A DNA stretch of 64,000 bases from Octopus vulgaris (taxonomy: Eukaryota). Every line of letters begins with the position of its first letter. Position 1 is the first letter of the stretch. Where the stretch lies: the NCBI GenBank assembly GCA_951406725.2, contig OX597838.1:34410001-34474000 (forward strand). Direction: 5' to 3'. Below the pieces are notes generated by a model that saw only the letters and a list, made by a program, of their open reading frames with translations, had not been told where the DNA came from and ran no database searches. Position numbers and translations under genes: made by a program. Positions 39,191 through 51,316 of the stretch are shown one piece after another.

Positions 39191-39240
39191 GTTAACGGAT
39201 TCATCGTTTGGCCGCCATTTGCTAACAACAACTTCCCGAC
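39191..39240 (-). other. Putative first exon of a divergent - strand gene or lncRNA
   Basis: CpG-rich unique sequence ...AAATGGCGGCCAAACGATGAATCCGTTAAC|GTGAGT with a consensus donor at 39190-39185, directly downstream of ETS motifs. Confidence 0.55.
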
Positions 39241-39248
39241 TTCCGGAA
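39211..39248 (-). promoter_or_regulatory. Housekeeping-type promoter motifs (YY1 and ETS/GABP)
   Basis: AAATGGCGGC (YY1-like, 39211-39220), CCGGAAGT (39239-39246) and an adjacent CGGGAAGT (39231-39238). Confidence 0.6.
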
Positions 39249-39456
39249 CAAGAATAACAAAAACTTTTTTTTTTTTTTTCCAAACATTTCAAACATAAAT
39301 CGTATAATAATACTTTTTTAGTAAACACATTCAATACGATTAAACGAAAAAAAAATCAACCCTGTAAGTCATATTAATATTCTAACAAACAAACGCAAAA
39401 TTTTGAATGAAAGCAATGTCGTAATAACCTCATCTGGTTTTACGGTAAGCATCACC

Positions 39457-39471
39457 GTTACCCATGGCAGC
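39457..39471. promoter_or_regulatory. RFX X-box
   Basis: GTTACCCATGGCAGC is one mismatch from the X-box GTTACCCATGGCAAC and lies upstream of a gene from a cilia/testis-associated family. Confidence 0.55.
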
Positions 39472-39548
39472 AAGAAATACAATAATGGACAGGCATCACT
39501 TGTACAACAAGCATTGAATTTAATCCTGAGTAGTGTAGTAATTTAGCG
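39472..39548 (+). other. Putative non-coding first exon of the ERICH6-like gene (start approximate)
   Basis: Consensus donor GCG|GTAAGT at 39549, just downstream of the X-box. The exon at 46241 begins with an acceptor and so needs an upstream exon. Confidence 0.4.
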
Positions 39549-39603
39549 GTAAGTAGCCTATTATATCACGCGGAAAACTGGCGTTTGATTCCCTGCCAAG
39601 GAG
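39524..39603 (+). pseudogene. Degenerate tRNA-Asp-like sequence (pseudogene or SINE head)
   Basis: TCCTGAGTAGTGTAGT[AATTTAGC]GGTAAGTA...TCACGCGGAAAACTGGCGTTTGATTCCCTGCCAAGGAG is colinear with metazoan tRNA-Asp(GTC). The anticodon arm is mutated and there is an 8-nt insertion. Confidence 0.6.
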
Positions 39604-39842
39604 GTGTCTGAAGCATTGAGTCAACCAAGGAGCCTTTACGATATCTTATTGTCCATTCTACTATATTTCATTCAAGTTTTGGATGGCATTAGGACTATAT
39701 AAAATCGACTTACTACTTGACTGCTAACTTTATTTTGCCGACGACCAGAAGGATAGAGTGACGTAACAAAACAGCAGGTATTGTCTTCAACGCTCTCATG
39801 CTTCTGGTAATACCTCGCCTGTTCTTGATCCGCTAGTAATAG

Positions 39843-40041
39843 CAACTGAATCTCCCTAAAATTACACAATACTGTCTTTAAAATGAAAAAAAAGGTAAAA
39901 AATACAACATACCTACACAACTGTGCCCCAGATCAACTCTCATCAACTGAATCTCCCTAAAATTACACAATACTGTCTTTAAAATGAAAAAAGGTAAAAA
40001 TACAACGTACCTACACAACTGTGCCCCAGATCAACTCTCAT
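39843..40041. repeat. Recent tandem duplication of about 100 bp
   Basis: CAACTGAATCTCCCTAAAATTACAC...CAGATCAACTCTCAT occurs twice in tandem, near-identical. Confidence 0.9.
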
Positions 40042-42864
40042 CTAGCATAACTTATGATTAAAGGCTTTCCAGTCGTGATCGTCCAGTCTTGTATGGTGTC
40101 TATTTTGGACTACATTATCCAATGTAGTATCTTTTGCAAACCTACACAAGTATGTTCCCCACCGATTTTGTTTCCTCATAACTTTTAGAAAATGGATATT
40201 TTCTAATGCAATTTTTTTTTTTACAAATATGCTTCAGATAGTGCAGACTCTGATAATATCGGAATTTGTTGTGAAAAAATTCGTCCGAAACAAAAATCAG
40301 CTTTGTTTCCTCATAACTTTCAGAAAAAATGGTTATTTCCTACAAATACCATTACGATGGTATATATTACGATTATATCAGAATTTGATATGAGAAAAAA
40401 AAAAAAAAATGATAGACTCGCACACATACATATTGACACATCAAAAATGAAATTTGAAATATCGAAAAAAGTTGTAATGTGTGTCACTATACATCGCGAA
40501 CCTGTATTTTATTTTTTTCATATCGAATTCCAATATAATCATATATGCACTTTTGACAAGTTGTGCTGCACCTGAGCACTGTATACAATAATTTCATTAT
40601 TATTATCAAACTATATTTCTTTATTGCCGACAAGGGGCTAAACATAGTGGGGACAAACAAGGACAGACAAAGGGATTAAGTCAATTACATCGACCCCGGT
40701 GCGAGACTGGTACTTTATTTATCGACCCCGAAAGGCAAAGTCGACCTCGGCGGAATTTGAACTCAGAACGTAACGACAGACAAAATACCGCTAAGCATTT
40801 CATCCGGCGCGCTCGACACCCTCATTGTGGTAAGGAGCTTGTTTTCCAACCACAGGGCAAGTGTTTTCTACTATAGCCTCGGGCCTTGTGAATGGATTTG
40901 GTAGAAGGAAACCGAAGAAACTTGCCGTATCTATATGTATATATTTATGTGTGTGTCTTTGTGTTTGCCCCTGCCCAACCGCTTGCTTGACAACCAGCGT
41001 TTATTTGTTTATGCCCCCTATTTTAGCGGTTCAACAAAAAGAGAACGATAAAATAAGCATTGGGGTCGATTCGTTTGACTAGGCCCTTCCCTTCATAGCA
41101 GTGTCCTAGCAATGAAATAAGTAAAAGATGAAAGCTATTAGGCATAGGCGCAGGCGTGGCTGTGTGGTAAGAAGTTTGCTTCCCAACCTTATGGTTCCGG
41201 GTTCAATCCCACTGGGCAGCACCTTTGGCATTCTCTTTCTCTTTTACTTGTTTCAGTCATTTGACTGCGGCCATGCTGGAGCACCGCCTTTAATCGAGCA
41301 AATCAACCCCGGGACTTATTCTTTGTAAGCCCAGTACTTATTCTATCGGTCTCTTTTGCCAAACCCCTAAGTGACGGGGGACGTAAACACACCAGCATCG
41401 GTTGTCAAGCAATGCTAGGAGGACAAGCACAAACACACACCCATACATATATATATATATACATATATACGACAGGCTTCTTTCAGTTTCCGTCTACCAA
41501 ATCCACTCACAAGGCATTGGTCGGCCCGGGGCTATAGCAGAAGACACTTGCCCAAGATACCACGCAGTGGGACTGAACCCGGAACTATTTGTTAGTCAAG
41601 CAAGCTACTTACCACACAGCCACTCCTGCGCCTATCTTTTACTATAGCTTCAGGTCGACCAAATCTTTGTGAGTGGTTTTGGTAGATATAAACTGAAAAA
41701 AAGCCAGTCTATGTTTGTCCCTCACAACTAGTGTTGGTGTGTTTATGTTCCTGTAATGTAGCAATTCGGCAAAGAAGACTGATAGAATAGGTAACAGGCT
41801 TTAAAAAATAAATACTGGTGTTGATACATTTGATCAAAAAATTTTTGAATTGCTCCAGTATGGCTGCAGTCTAGTGACTGAAACAAGTAAAAGGTATAAG
41901 TTAATATACATTCCCTTTCAGGACTTCCATCACCCTTCATCCAGCTCTCAAGTTGTAAATAAACGTAAAGGCGCAGGAGTGGCTGTGTGGTAAGTAGCTT
42001 GTTTACCAACCACATGGTTCCGGGTTCAGTCCCACTACATGGTACCTTGGGCAAGTGTCTTCTACTATAGCCTCAGGCCGACCAAAGCCTTGTGAATGGA
42101 TTTGGTAGACGGAAACTGAAAGAAGCCCGTCGTATATATGTATGTGTTTGTGTGTCTGTGTTTGTCCCCCTAGCATTGCTTGACAACCAATGCTGGTGTG
42201 TTTATGTCCCCATTACTTAGCAGTTTGGCAAAAGAGACCGATAGAATAAGTACTGGGCTTACAAAGAATAAGTCCTGGGGTCGAGTTGCTCGATTAAAAA
42301 AAAGACGGTGCTCCAGCATGGCCGCAGTCAAATGACTGAAACAAGTAAATGAGTAAAAGAGTAAAGAGATACAGCATACCTACACAAGTGTACCCCAGAT
42401 CAACTCTAGGCCAGCATAATTTATGATTAAAGGCTTTCCAGCTGTGACCATCCCGTCTTGTGTGGTGTATGTTTTGGACATTACTACTCCTTTCTTCCAC
42501 CCAACTATTCAAATAATCCTGACGTCAATGCTCCCTCTTTTAATCTCCTCTTTGGTCACCTGAGCAAAAGTACATGCCCTAGGTTATCTTTTATCTCTCG
42601 CTTGATTCAGTCATTAGACTGTGGCCATGATGGAGCACTGCCTTGAAGGATTTCAACCCGATTGAACTGACCCCAGTACCTATCATTTGGTCAAGCCTGG
42701 TACTTGTTCTATTGGTCTCTGTTGCTGAGCTTCTAAGTTATGGGGACGTAAACAAACCAACACCTGTTGTCAAATCGTGGTGGGAGACAAACACTGACAC
42801 AAAGACTCACACATACTCACATATTTATATAAATATATACACGATGGGCTTCTTTTAGTTTGAT

Positions 42865-43370
42865 AATAATAATAATGAAATTATTGTATACAGTGCTCAG
42901 GTGCACCACAACTTCTCAAAAGTGCATATAAAGCATATGCAGTAATGTACAAATGTCTGGAAAGTGAACAGTGTATGAGTCAAATACATGCTTGCGTGTG
43001 TGTGGAGGGGAGAAGAAAATCAGGTGTAGTGTTGGCGAATCTCAGGAAGCATGGAAGTTTTGAAGGATGCAGTGCTCTGACAACTAACAACTGATGCCGG
43101 CAGTTTATTCCATGCTTCAGCAACTCTTAGTGTGAAAAAATGTTTCCTAAAGTCATGGGAGCTGTGCTGTTTTCTGACTTCGTAAACATGTCCATGGGTG
43201 TTAGACAGGTGGAGTTTGAAAAGGTGCTCAGAGTTATTGTTTGTACGATGGTTGATAATTTTATGGGTGGCTGCCAGACGTCAGAGTTTCAATGTATCCA
43301 TACCTAGGGAAGTAAGGCGTTCAGAATATGGCAAATGCCTGATGGAGAGTATTCTCTTGGTTGCACAGTT
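42865..43370 (-). mobile_element. CR1-clade LINE 3' fragment (second family), nested in a SINE
   Basis: Minus frame reads HLPYSERLTSLGMDTL...FFTLRVAEAWNKLP and ends in (TAT)n. The same 3' end occurs at ~40540-40606 (+). Confidence 0.8.
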
Positions 43371-45898
43371 GCACGTCATTTTTTTTTATGTCTATCAAAT
43401 TCACTTACAAGGCTTTGGTTGGCTCAAGGCTATATTAGAAGACGCTTGCATATGGTGGCACACACGGGGACTGAACCTGGAACCATGTGGTTGGGAAGCA
43501 AGCTTCTTACCACACAGCCACACCTATATTGTAAAACAGTTTGAGTACTCTCAGCACTTTATTATTTCTCACATTCTCTTCTGGCCTTGCTACAGGCTCT
43601 GCTCTCTCCGCCTCCATATGTTCCTTGTTTTACATATCTTAGCTCTATCTCTGACTACTCTCTGCTTTGCCCAGTGTACAAGGCACCACCCTTTCTGTAC
43701 TGATGCTACAATAAAAAAACTTTGGTAGCTCACACTCCCTCCAAAAAATGGGTGAGTGAGCCAGTCTCTCTGGTGTTGGTACTACTAAGTATGCTCAGTA
43801 CATCCTGCAAAGAGGTTGGCAAATTTGAGCAGAAAATGCATAGGTTTATGACGTCCCTTTATTCACTTCTCTAATGTTGGTGGTATGAAAAATGCATCCA
43901 GTAGACTCTTCAAAATGGCTGGCAATAGAAAAGGTATCATTGTCGTCGTTGTCATCCTCATCATCATCATCATTGTTTAATGTCAGTTTTCCATGCTGGC
44001 ATGGGTTGAACGGTTTTGATAGGAGCTGACCAGACTCCAGTTGTCTGTTGTGGCATGGTTTCCACAGCTGGATGCCCTTCCTAACTCCAACCACTTTACA
44101 GAGTGTGCCACCAGCATGGGTACATTTATGTAGCACTGGCATGTGTGCATTTTGTGTGGCACTGGCACCTGAAAAGGACAAGCCTTTTGTATGGATGACA
44201 GCGATTTTACTTAGCTTGACGTGTCCAGCCATAGAAATCAAATCTAAGCACCTGTGCCGGGGGCATGTAAAAAGCACCATCCATACGTGGTCGATGCCAG
44301 CCTCCCCTGGCACGTGCCGGTGGCATGTTAAAAGCACCTACTACACTCACGGAGTGGTTGGCATTAGGAAGGGCATCAAGCTGTAGAAACACTGCCAGAT
44401 CAGACTGGAGCCTGGTGCAGCCTCCTGGTCAAACCGTCCAACCCATGCTAGCATGGAAAACGGACGTTAAACAATGATGATGATGTGTAAGCATCAGTCT
44501 ATGAAAGTAGTGGCCCCCAAATGACAAGGAGCATTCTTGTTCAGGGATTATGGTGCAACAAGTAGTATATACACAAAGATTATACAAGAATAAAGATCAC
44601 AAATGTTAGATGTTACGCAATAAGGGGTATAATTACTCTGGGATTTATATAACAAGAAGGAGCATTAATACTGAAGATTATACAGGACAATGAATACCCA
44701 CACTCAGAGATTATACTACAAGAAGCATCTACACTCTGAGGTTGCACAATAACAACAAAAATCATGAGCATCTACACTTTCAGACTACAGTGGCTGTTGG
44801 TAAGAAGTTGACTTCCCAACCACCTGGTTCCAGGTTCAAGCCCACTGTGTGACAACTTAGGCACATATCTTCTGCTTTAGCTCCAGACTGACTAAAACTT
44901 TCTGGGTGGATTTGGTAGACAGAAACTGAAAGAAGCCTGTCATATATATTCTCTTTTACTCTTTTGCTTGTTTCAGTCATTTGACTGCCGCCATGCTGGA
45001 GCACCGCCTTTAATCGAGCAACTCGACCCCGGGACTTATTCTTTTGTAAGCCCAGTACTTATTCTATCGGTCTCTTTTGCCGAACCGCTAAGTTTCGGTT
45101 GTCAAGCAATGCTAGGGGAACAAACACACACATGCATATATATATATATATATATATACATATATACGACGGGCTTCTTTTCAGTTTCCGTCTACCAAAT
45201 TCACTCACGAGGCTTTGGTCGGCCCGAGGCTATAGTAGAAGACACTTGCCCAAGGTGCCACGCAGTGGGACTGAACCATATGGTTGGTAAGCAAGCTACT
45301 TACCACACAGCCACTCCTGCGCCTATATATATCATGATATATATCATCATCATCATTATCATTTAACGTCCGCTTTCCATGTTGCTTGGGTTGGTTGGTT
45401 TGACAGGAGCTGACGAGGCAGAAGACTGCACCAGGGTTCGGTGTCTGTTTTAGCATGTTTTTTTTTAACAGCTGGATGTCCTTCCTAACACCAATCATAT
45501 ACTCTCTCTTTTTACTTGTTTCAGTCATTTGACTGCGGCCATGCTGGAGCACTGCCTTTAGTCGAGGAAATCGACCCCAGGACTTATTCTTTGTAAACCT
45601 AGTACTTATTCTATCGGTTTCTTTTTGCCGAACCGCTAAGTTATGGGAACGTAAACACGCCAGCATCAGTTGTCAAGCGATGTTGGGGGGACAAACACAC
45701 ACACACATATATATAGAAATATACACATACATATATACGATGGGCTTCTTTCAGTTTCCGTCTACCAAATCCACTCACAAGGCTTTGATTGGCCCGAGGC
45801 TATAGTAGAAGACACTTGCCCAAGGTGACACGCAGTGGGACTGAACCCGGAACCATGTGGTTGGTAAGCAAGCTACTTACCACACAGCCACTCCTGCG

Positions 45899-45937
<39 letters not shown>

Positions 45938-46292
45938 TATCATGTATGTATATGCATATATATGTGTTACAGCTGCCTTGACATTTCCTGATACTTGTAA
46001 GTGAGTGTTACCACGATGCAAGTGTTGTCCTTTGTTCCAAATCTTCCTTGAAAACATGTCTGGTGATGAGAAATAATTCCTTACTAGGAAACAGCTGAAG
46101 GTTGGTAACAGGAAGGATATCCTTCCAGAGAAAAACCACCTCAACGTAAATTCTATCCAACCTCTGCAAGCATAGAAAAGTGGATTTTAAAAACGCTGAC
46201 AGAGGTGATGACAATTTCATGCATTTTCTTATATTTTCAGTATTAAAGATTGCATATCATCATCATCATCATCATCATCATTATCATAAATA

Positions 46293-46396
46293 ATGGATAT
46301 TAGCAGCAATTGTTCCAGCGAAGGAGACATCATACAAGAGGAACTGGTGGAGCCGGAGGATTCTGATGATGCCCAGAATAGTGAAGAGAACTCTAT
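46293..46396 (+). CDS. ERICH6: ERICH6/FAM194-like protein, coding exon 1
   Basis: The exon opens at 46241 after attttcAG. An in-frame TAA at 46287 precedes ATG 46293. Encodes acidic MDISSNCSSEGDIIQEELVEPEDSDDAQNSEENS; donor GTGAGT, phase 2. Confidence 0.7.
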
Positions 46397-46688
46397 GTGA
46401 GTTCGTTTGTAAAATTGATTTTTACTTTTGAATTCATTAGTTTCATTCTGTGAAGTTTAGTATTGCTCTTTACACTCTTTTACTCTTTTACTTTTTTCAG
46501 GCATTTGACTGCGGCCATGCTGGAGCACCGCCTTTAGTCGAGCAAATCGACCCCCAGGACTTATTCTTTGTAAGCCCAGTACTTATTCTGTCGGCCTCTT
46601 TTTCCCCGAACCGCTAAGTTAAGGGGGAAGTTAACACACCAGCATTGGTTGTCAAGTGATGTTGTGGGGGACAAACACAGACACACAA

Positions 46689-46741
<53 letters not shown>

Positions 46742-47466
46742 CGATGGTCTTCTTTCAGTTTCTGTCTACCAAATCCACTACCCAGTATGCTAACGATTCT
46801 TATTTCTTTATTGCCCACAAGGGGCTAAACACAGAGGGGACAAACAAGGACAGACAAAGGGATTAAGTCGATTACATCGACCCCAGTGCATAACTGGTAC
46901 TTAATTTATCGACCTCAAAAGGACGAAAGGCAAAGTTGACCTCGGCGGAATTTGAACTTAGAATGTAGCAATAGACAAAATACTGCTATGCATTTCGCCT
47001 GACATGCTAACGATTCTGCCAGCTCACCGCCTTTGTATAACAATATTGACGAAACTTAATCACAATGGCTAGGATTTTCTTTTGCGAAACAGAAAATATT
47101 TATATATTTTAATTCATTCTTAATCTAAAAACCATGTCAGAGCAGGCAGTCTTTGACCCTATCAAATCTTATCAAGCTGTTGCATCCATGCCAGCCTGGT
47201 ACATGGATATCAAATGTCAATATATATAGGTGAAGAAAGTTTGGGAAAATAGTTATTGGACAATTGATTATTAAAAAGAAAAAAATTCCATATAGTATCC
47301 CAAGGGCGTAGGGGTGGCTGTGTGGTAAGTAGCTTGCTTACGAACCACATGGTTCCGTGTTCAGTCCTACTGCGTGGCACCTTGGGCAAGTGTCTTCTAC
47401 TATGGCCTCGGGCTGACAAAAGCCTTGTGAGTGGATTTGGTTGACAGAAACTGAAAGAATCCCGTC

Positions 47467-47637
<171 letters not shown>

Positions 47638-48192
47638 CATCATCATCATCATCGTCGTTTAGCGTCCGTTTTCCATGCTAGCATGGGTTGGACGGTTCTA
47701 CTGGGGTCTGTGAAGCCAGAAGGCTTCATCAGGCCCAGTCAAATCTGGCAGTGTTTCTACGGCTGGATGCCCTTCCTAACGCCAACCACTCCGTGAGTGT
47801 AGTGGGTGCTTTTTACGTGCCACCCGCACAGGTGCCAGACAGAGCTGGCAAACGGCCACGAACGGATGGTGCTTTTTATGTGCCACCGGCACAAGGGCCA
47901 GGCGAGGCTGGCAACGGACACGAAACGGGGCGGTGCTGGCAACGGTCGCGAAACGGAAGGTTCTCTTACATGCCACCGGCACTGGTAACACATCTGCAAT
48001 TTCCATTGATCGATTTTCATTCTGATCCTCACTTGCCTCAACGGGTCTTCACAAGTAGAGTTTCGACATGCCACCGGCACTGGTAACACATCTGCAATTT
48101 CCATTGATCGATTTCCATTCTGATCCTCACTTGCCTCAACGGGTCTTCACAAGTAGAGTATCGACATGCCACCGGCACTGGTAACACATCTG

Positions 48193-48345
<153 letters not shown>

Positions 48346-49430
48346 TCATCATCATCATCATCGTTTAACGTCCGTTCTCCATGCTAGCATGGGTTGGACG
48401 GTTCGACCGGGATCTGGGAAGCCAGAAGGCTGCACCAGGTTCCGGTCTTATCTGGCAATGTTTCTACAGCTGGATGCCCTTCCTAACGCCAACCACTCCG
48501 TGAGTGTAGTGGGTGCTTTTTACGTGCCACCTGCACTGGTGCCAGGCGAGGCTGGCATCGGTGCATTTTACGTGCCACCTGCACTGGTGCCAGGCGAGGC
48601 TGGCATCGGTGCATTTTACGTGCCACCTGCACGGAAGCCAGTCGAGGCGGCACTGGCTTCGGCCACGATTCGGATGGTGCTTTTTACATGCCACCGACAC
48701 GGAAGCCAGTCGAGGCGGCGCTGGTATCGGCCACGATTCGGATAGTGCTTTTTACGTATCTCCAGTCCAGGGGTCCTGGCATCTGCCAGATGCCAGTCAT
48801 AGGATTGGTTCAATTTCGATTCCGATTTCGATTTCACTTGCCCCAACAGGTCTTCGCAAGCAAAGGGGGGTTGGCATAGGTGCGTGTCGTTGGATGAGGT
48901 TCGATATCGACTTCGCTTGCCTCAACAGGTCTTTGTGTGTTTATATATATATATATATAATTTCAACAATTGAGGGTAAAGTTCAGTATGTGGCAAAGTA
49001 ATTTATTTTACTAAGCCCTTTTATATTAATGTAATATATATATATATATATGTATATATATATGTATATGTGTGTGTATATATGTTTATGTTTGTCCCCC
49101 GCAACATCGCTTGACAACCGATGCTGGTGTGCTTATGTCCCCGTAACTTAACGGTTCGGCAAAAGAGACCGATAGAATAAGTACTTGGCCTACAAAGAAT
49201 AAGTCCTGGGATCGATTTGCTCGACTAAAGGCGGTGCTCCAGCATGGCCACAGTCAAATGACTGAAACGAGTAAAGAGTAAAGGGGTTTAATTCAAGCTG
49301 TAAAGGATTATGTTGCATTGTAACACTAATCAGTCAACTCTGTTTCTCTGATAGATGGCTTTTTCAAGTTCATACGGTGATGATGATGATGATTATTATG
49401 ACGTATTTATTATTGATCTATCTATTGCAG

Positions 49431-49546
49431 TAGTCCTGCCCCAGGGAGCCCAGAGGGTTCAAATGATGATGGAGAAATGGAAGAGCTGCTGGATTTGGAA
49501 CCCAGTTCTGCAACAGATGAGAATATTCTAGCATCTTCCAGAGAAA
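49431..49546 (+). CDS. ERICH6: ERICH6/FAM194-like protein, coding exon 2
   Basis: Acceptor tattgcAG, phase 2 to 1, SPAPGSPEGSNDDGEMEELLDLEPSSATDENILASSRE, donor GTTAGT. Confidence 0.7.
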
Positions 49547-49589
49547 GTTAGTATCAGAATTTTTATTTCTTCTTCATTGATTGGGTCTA

Positions 49590-50108
49590 GCGCAGTGATG
49601 TATGGCCCTTGGGGGTCCAGAAAAATCTTTTGTTGCTAAAATTTATGTTCAATAAATTGGTTATGTTTCAATGATACACAAAATATTTTAACAATTTTTA
49701 AAACACAATTCCTAATAATATTTGATTACAAAAATATAATAGGATTTCTTCAAATATTGAATTGGTTATGAGGGTCCATCTAAGTAAAACAGGGAACAAA
49801 GGGTTCCATAGATAAAAAATGGTTGAGAAACACTGTCCTAGACCAATGGTTCTCCACTAAGGTTCATATGGCCCTTGGGTGGGGGTCCATGTAAGAGTTT
49901 GTTGTTAAAATTTATCTGCAATAAGTTCGTTATACTTCTACAATACACAAATATTTTGACAATTTCTTTTTATACAGTTCTTTATAATATTTAATTATAA
50001 AAATATAATATGAACTTTTTAAATGTTAAATGGCTATGGAGGTCCATCTGAGTAAAACAAGAACGAAAGGGGTCAGCAGATAAAAAAAAATGGTTGAGAA
50101 GCACTTGT
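49590..50108. mobile_element. Two tandem hAT (Charlie-like) MITEs
   Basis: Each unit of about 255 bp ends in GGTTGAGAA(A/G)CACT next to a CTAG-centred site. The same terminus occurs at positions 11-23. Confidence 0.6.
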
Positions 50109-50149
50109 CTAGAAGAAGGATCTATGTCTCTGTTGTCCATCACACATGG

Positions 50150-50680
50150 TTTTTATCCATGCCATTTGCTTTGGGGCTTTACCCATTGATTTTCTAAGGC
50201 AATGAGAAAAAGCCATGAGCCTCTTCTTGCAGCCCTTGCTAATGGACTTTGGCCATGGGCTTTGCCTATGATCTTTACTCATACTCTTACTCATGACTTT
50301 TGCACATGGCCTTTGCATCTGGCTTTTGCTCCCGGCCTTTATACATGCCATTTGTTCATGGCTTTTCCTCGTGGCCTTTGCTCCTGGCTTTTGTTCATGG
50401 CTTTTGCTCATGGCCTATGCTCATGGTCTTTGCTCATGGCTTTTGCTCATGGCTTTTCCTCATGGCCTTTGCTCTTGGCCTTTGCTCATAGCTTTTCCTC
50501 ATGGCCTTTGCTCTTGGCCTTTGCTCATAGCTTTTCCTCATGGCCTTTGCTCATGGCCTTTGCTCATGGCTTTTGTTCATGGCTTTTCCTCGTGGCTTTT
50601 GCTCATGGCTTTTGCTCATGGCCTTTTCTCATAGCTTTTGCTCATGGCTTTTGCCTATAGACTTTGGTGATGGCCTTTAC
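50150..50680. repeat. 13-bp minisatellite (CATGGCYTTTGCT)n
   Basis: Tandem CTCATGGCTTTTG units whose divergence increases towards the array edges. Confidence 0.9.
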
Positions 50681-51260
50681 AGGTCCTCTGAGAGCATATG
50701 TGTATGCTTCTGTAAGTCTTTTAATATATAGACAATGCAATAGAGACTTTAAAAAATGACTTTCTCACTTTGAACAACATGCATGATTAACAAATACTTT
50801 TACTGGCAGCGTAGTGATAGGTAACTAACTAGTGTCAAATCTTTTCTACTATAGGTACAAAGCCTGAAATTTGAGAGAGAGGGGGCTAGTCAATTACATC
50901 GACCCCAGTGCTCAACTGGCACTTATTTCACCAACTCCAAAGCAAAGTTGACCTTGGTGGAATTTGAACTCAGGACATAAAGACAGGTGAAATGTCACTA
51001 AGCATTTTGCCCGGCATGCTAACGATTCTGCCAGTTCACCACCTCATACCTATCTACCTACCTATCTTAAATAAAATGAAGAATTCTTTAGGTAATGTTA
51101 TCCCTGATACACAAACAAAAAGGTGGGATGATCAAAGCTGGGATATCTTACAAGAGAAGCCAACAAACATACTGGACAACATTAACAATAATACTAACAT
51201 TTAACTTGAGTAGTTCATGACTTAAACACACCATTTCATCTCATCACTGTAATTTTTCAG

Positions 51261-51316
51261 GTGGGAATTTTGAAAGTGAAATGCAACAGTCCTTAAACGC
51301 TGTAATGTCTGATGAG
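51261..51316 (+). CDS. ERICH6: ERICH6/FAM194-like protein, coding exon 3
   Basis: Acceptor aatttttcAG, phase 1 to 0, GNFESEMQQSLNAVMSDE, donor GAG|GTAAAA. Confidence 0.7.

Noticed and set aside
39191-39204. RBMX2 gene call from the MNPLT start
   Set aside because: Only five codons match, and I found no exon encoding WH..YKDSA or the RRM on the - strand of the window.
50109-50731. Repetitive ORFs (AFAHGFCSW repeats) and a possible CRISPR-like array
   Set aside because: This is a contiguous 13-bp minisatellite with no unique spacers, in a eukaryotic context.
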